The translations under genes and the position numbers were made by a program. The notes beneath the pieces were generated by a model. It had not been told where the DNA came from. It did not search any database and saw only the letters and a program-made list of their open reading frames with translations. DNA of 64,000 nt. Source: the human T2T-CHM13v2.0 reference genome, Homo sapiens. The stretch lies in NCBI RefSeq assembly GCF_009914755.1, contig NC_060938.1; one strand, 5' to 3'. Below are positions 62,419-64,000 of this stretch, in pieces (position 1 is the stretch's first letter; each line of letters starts with the position of its first letter).

Positions 62419-63559
62419 ATAAGCATAAGGATCAAAAAAGAGGAAACAAAATTGTGTAATTGCAGATAATATATTGTCTACATAGAAAACAAAGTAATTA
62501 CAGATACATTTTAGAAATAGTTATTTTAGCATAAGATCAATATTTAAAAATTAATTGCTTTCAAAATTACTTGCCAGAAGTGACAGAAAACAATTTTTTG
62601 ATTGTAGCAAAATATAAATAACATAAAATTTAACATTGAACTATTTTAAATTCAGTGGCATTCAGTACAGTCACACTTTTGCAGCCATCACCACCAATAA
62701 AAATGTTTTTAAAAATATCACTAATAATAGCATAAAAACTGTGTTACCTAGGAATACATTTAGAAAGGAAAGGAAGTTTTATAAGACTACATTGAAAGAC
62801 ACAGATATTAGACATTAACAAAAATTTAAATAAATGGATAAATATACCACGTACATGCATAGGAAGACTCAATATCATCAAAGTTTCCATTTTCATCACA
62901 TTGATCTCTGTATTCAATACGGTTCCAATCAAAATCTCAACAAGTGTGTCATTGGATTTTTTAAGCCTATTCTAAAATGATAATAGAAAGGCAAAGAGCC
63001 AAGAATAGTGAGAACCTACTGAAGAAGAAAAATAAGGTGGAGGAGCACCTTATTAATATAAAGGTCTGATACTTAAGACAGTGTGGTATTGGCAAATGTG
63101 TAGACAGATTGACCAGTGGAACAGAATAGAAAGTTAGAAACAGTCACACAAGAAGATGGAAATTTCATGTATGACAGAGATGGCATTGTAGATCAGAAGA
63201 AAGGGAGAGATGTCTCAATAAATGCTTCTGGGGTAATTGTTATCCCCACAGAGAAAGATGAAATTAGATCCCTGCCTCACACCATGTATAAAATCAATTT
63301 CAGTTGTAAAACTTCCATACTGAAATAAAATAATAAAATAAAGGAGACCATCATTAAGAACTTGTGGTATGGAGCAAAAGTAAAAACAAAAACACAAATC
63401 GTGTAAGTCAATAAGAAAAAGATAGCCCAATAGAAAAATGATACCAGAAAAGAGGTAGCATGTTCAACATCATCATTAATCAGGTACATGAAGACTACAA
63501 TGGGAAGAATTAAGACACTTGACAATACTAAGTGTTGAAGAGGCTATGGATCAACAGGA

Positions 63560-63869
63560 ATTTTCTTTCTTTTTTTCTTTTTTTTTTTTAATTTGAGACA
63601 GGGTCTCACTCTGTCACCCAGGCTGGAGTTTAGTGGTGCAATCATGGCTCACTGCAGCCTTGACCTCCCAGGGCTTAAGCAATCCTCACACCTCAGCCTC
63701 CTGAGTAACTGGGACTACAGGCCCATGTCCCCACACCCAGCTAAGTTTTTGTAGAGAAGAGATCTCACTTTGTTGCCTAATCTGGTCTCGAACTTCTGTG
63801 CTAAAGTGGCCCTCCTGCCTCAGCCTCCCAAAGTGCTGGGATTACAGGTGTGAGCCACCATTCCCGGCC
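63560..63869 (-). mobile_element. Alu (J-type)
   Basis: Reverse Alu; TSD CAGGAA(T/C)TTT. Confidence 0.93.
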
Positions 63870-63903
63870 CAGGAACTTTTTTATTTTGTTTGTTGGAGTG
63901 TAA

Positions 63904-64000
<97 letters not shown>

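Overview
Human (primate) genomic DNA: an internal 64-kb section of TTLL5 (tubulin polyglutamylase TTLL5/STAMP) on the + strand. Fourteen GT-AG coding exons splice in frame from the end of the TTL catalytic domain ([10 protein letters not shown]...LLEVNLSPS) to the Ser/Pro-rich region (...RPSSAKAG). By recall of the reference transcript these are exons 13-26, about c.1043-2986. The introns are dominated by Alu, L1, MIR, MaLR/ERV1 LTR and Tigger/hAT relics, and almost all ORF-track entries are repeat-derived noise. No prokaryote-type system (CRISPR array etc.) is present. Observations worth follow-up: two in-frame cassette microexons (42 nt, 39 nt) absent from the reference protein as I recall it; a frame-compensating alternative donor/acceptor set across the exon 19-20 intron; a candidate exon 25-26 circRNA with a stop-free ORF; a CpG-enriched unique segment in intron 13; a 67-bp insertion apparently copied from a nearby transposon; a tailless U2 snRNA retrocopy; and two apparent quasi-palindrome template-switch scars. 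Exon numbers, repeat subfamily names and consensus comparisons come from memory and were not checked against databases.
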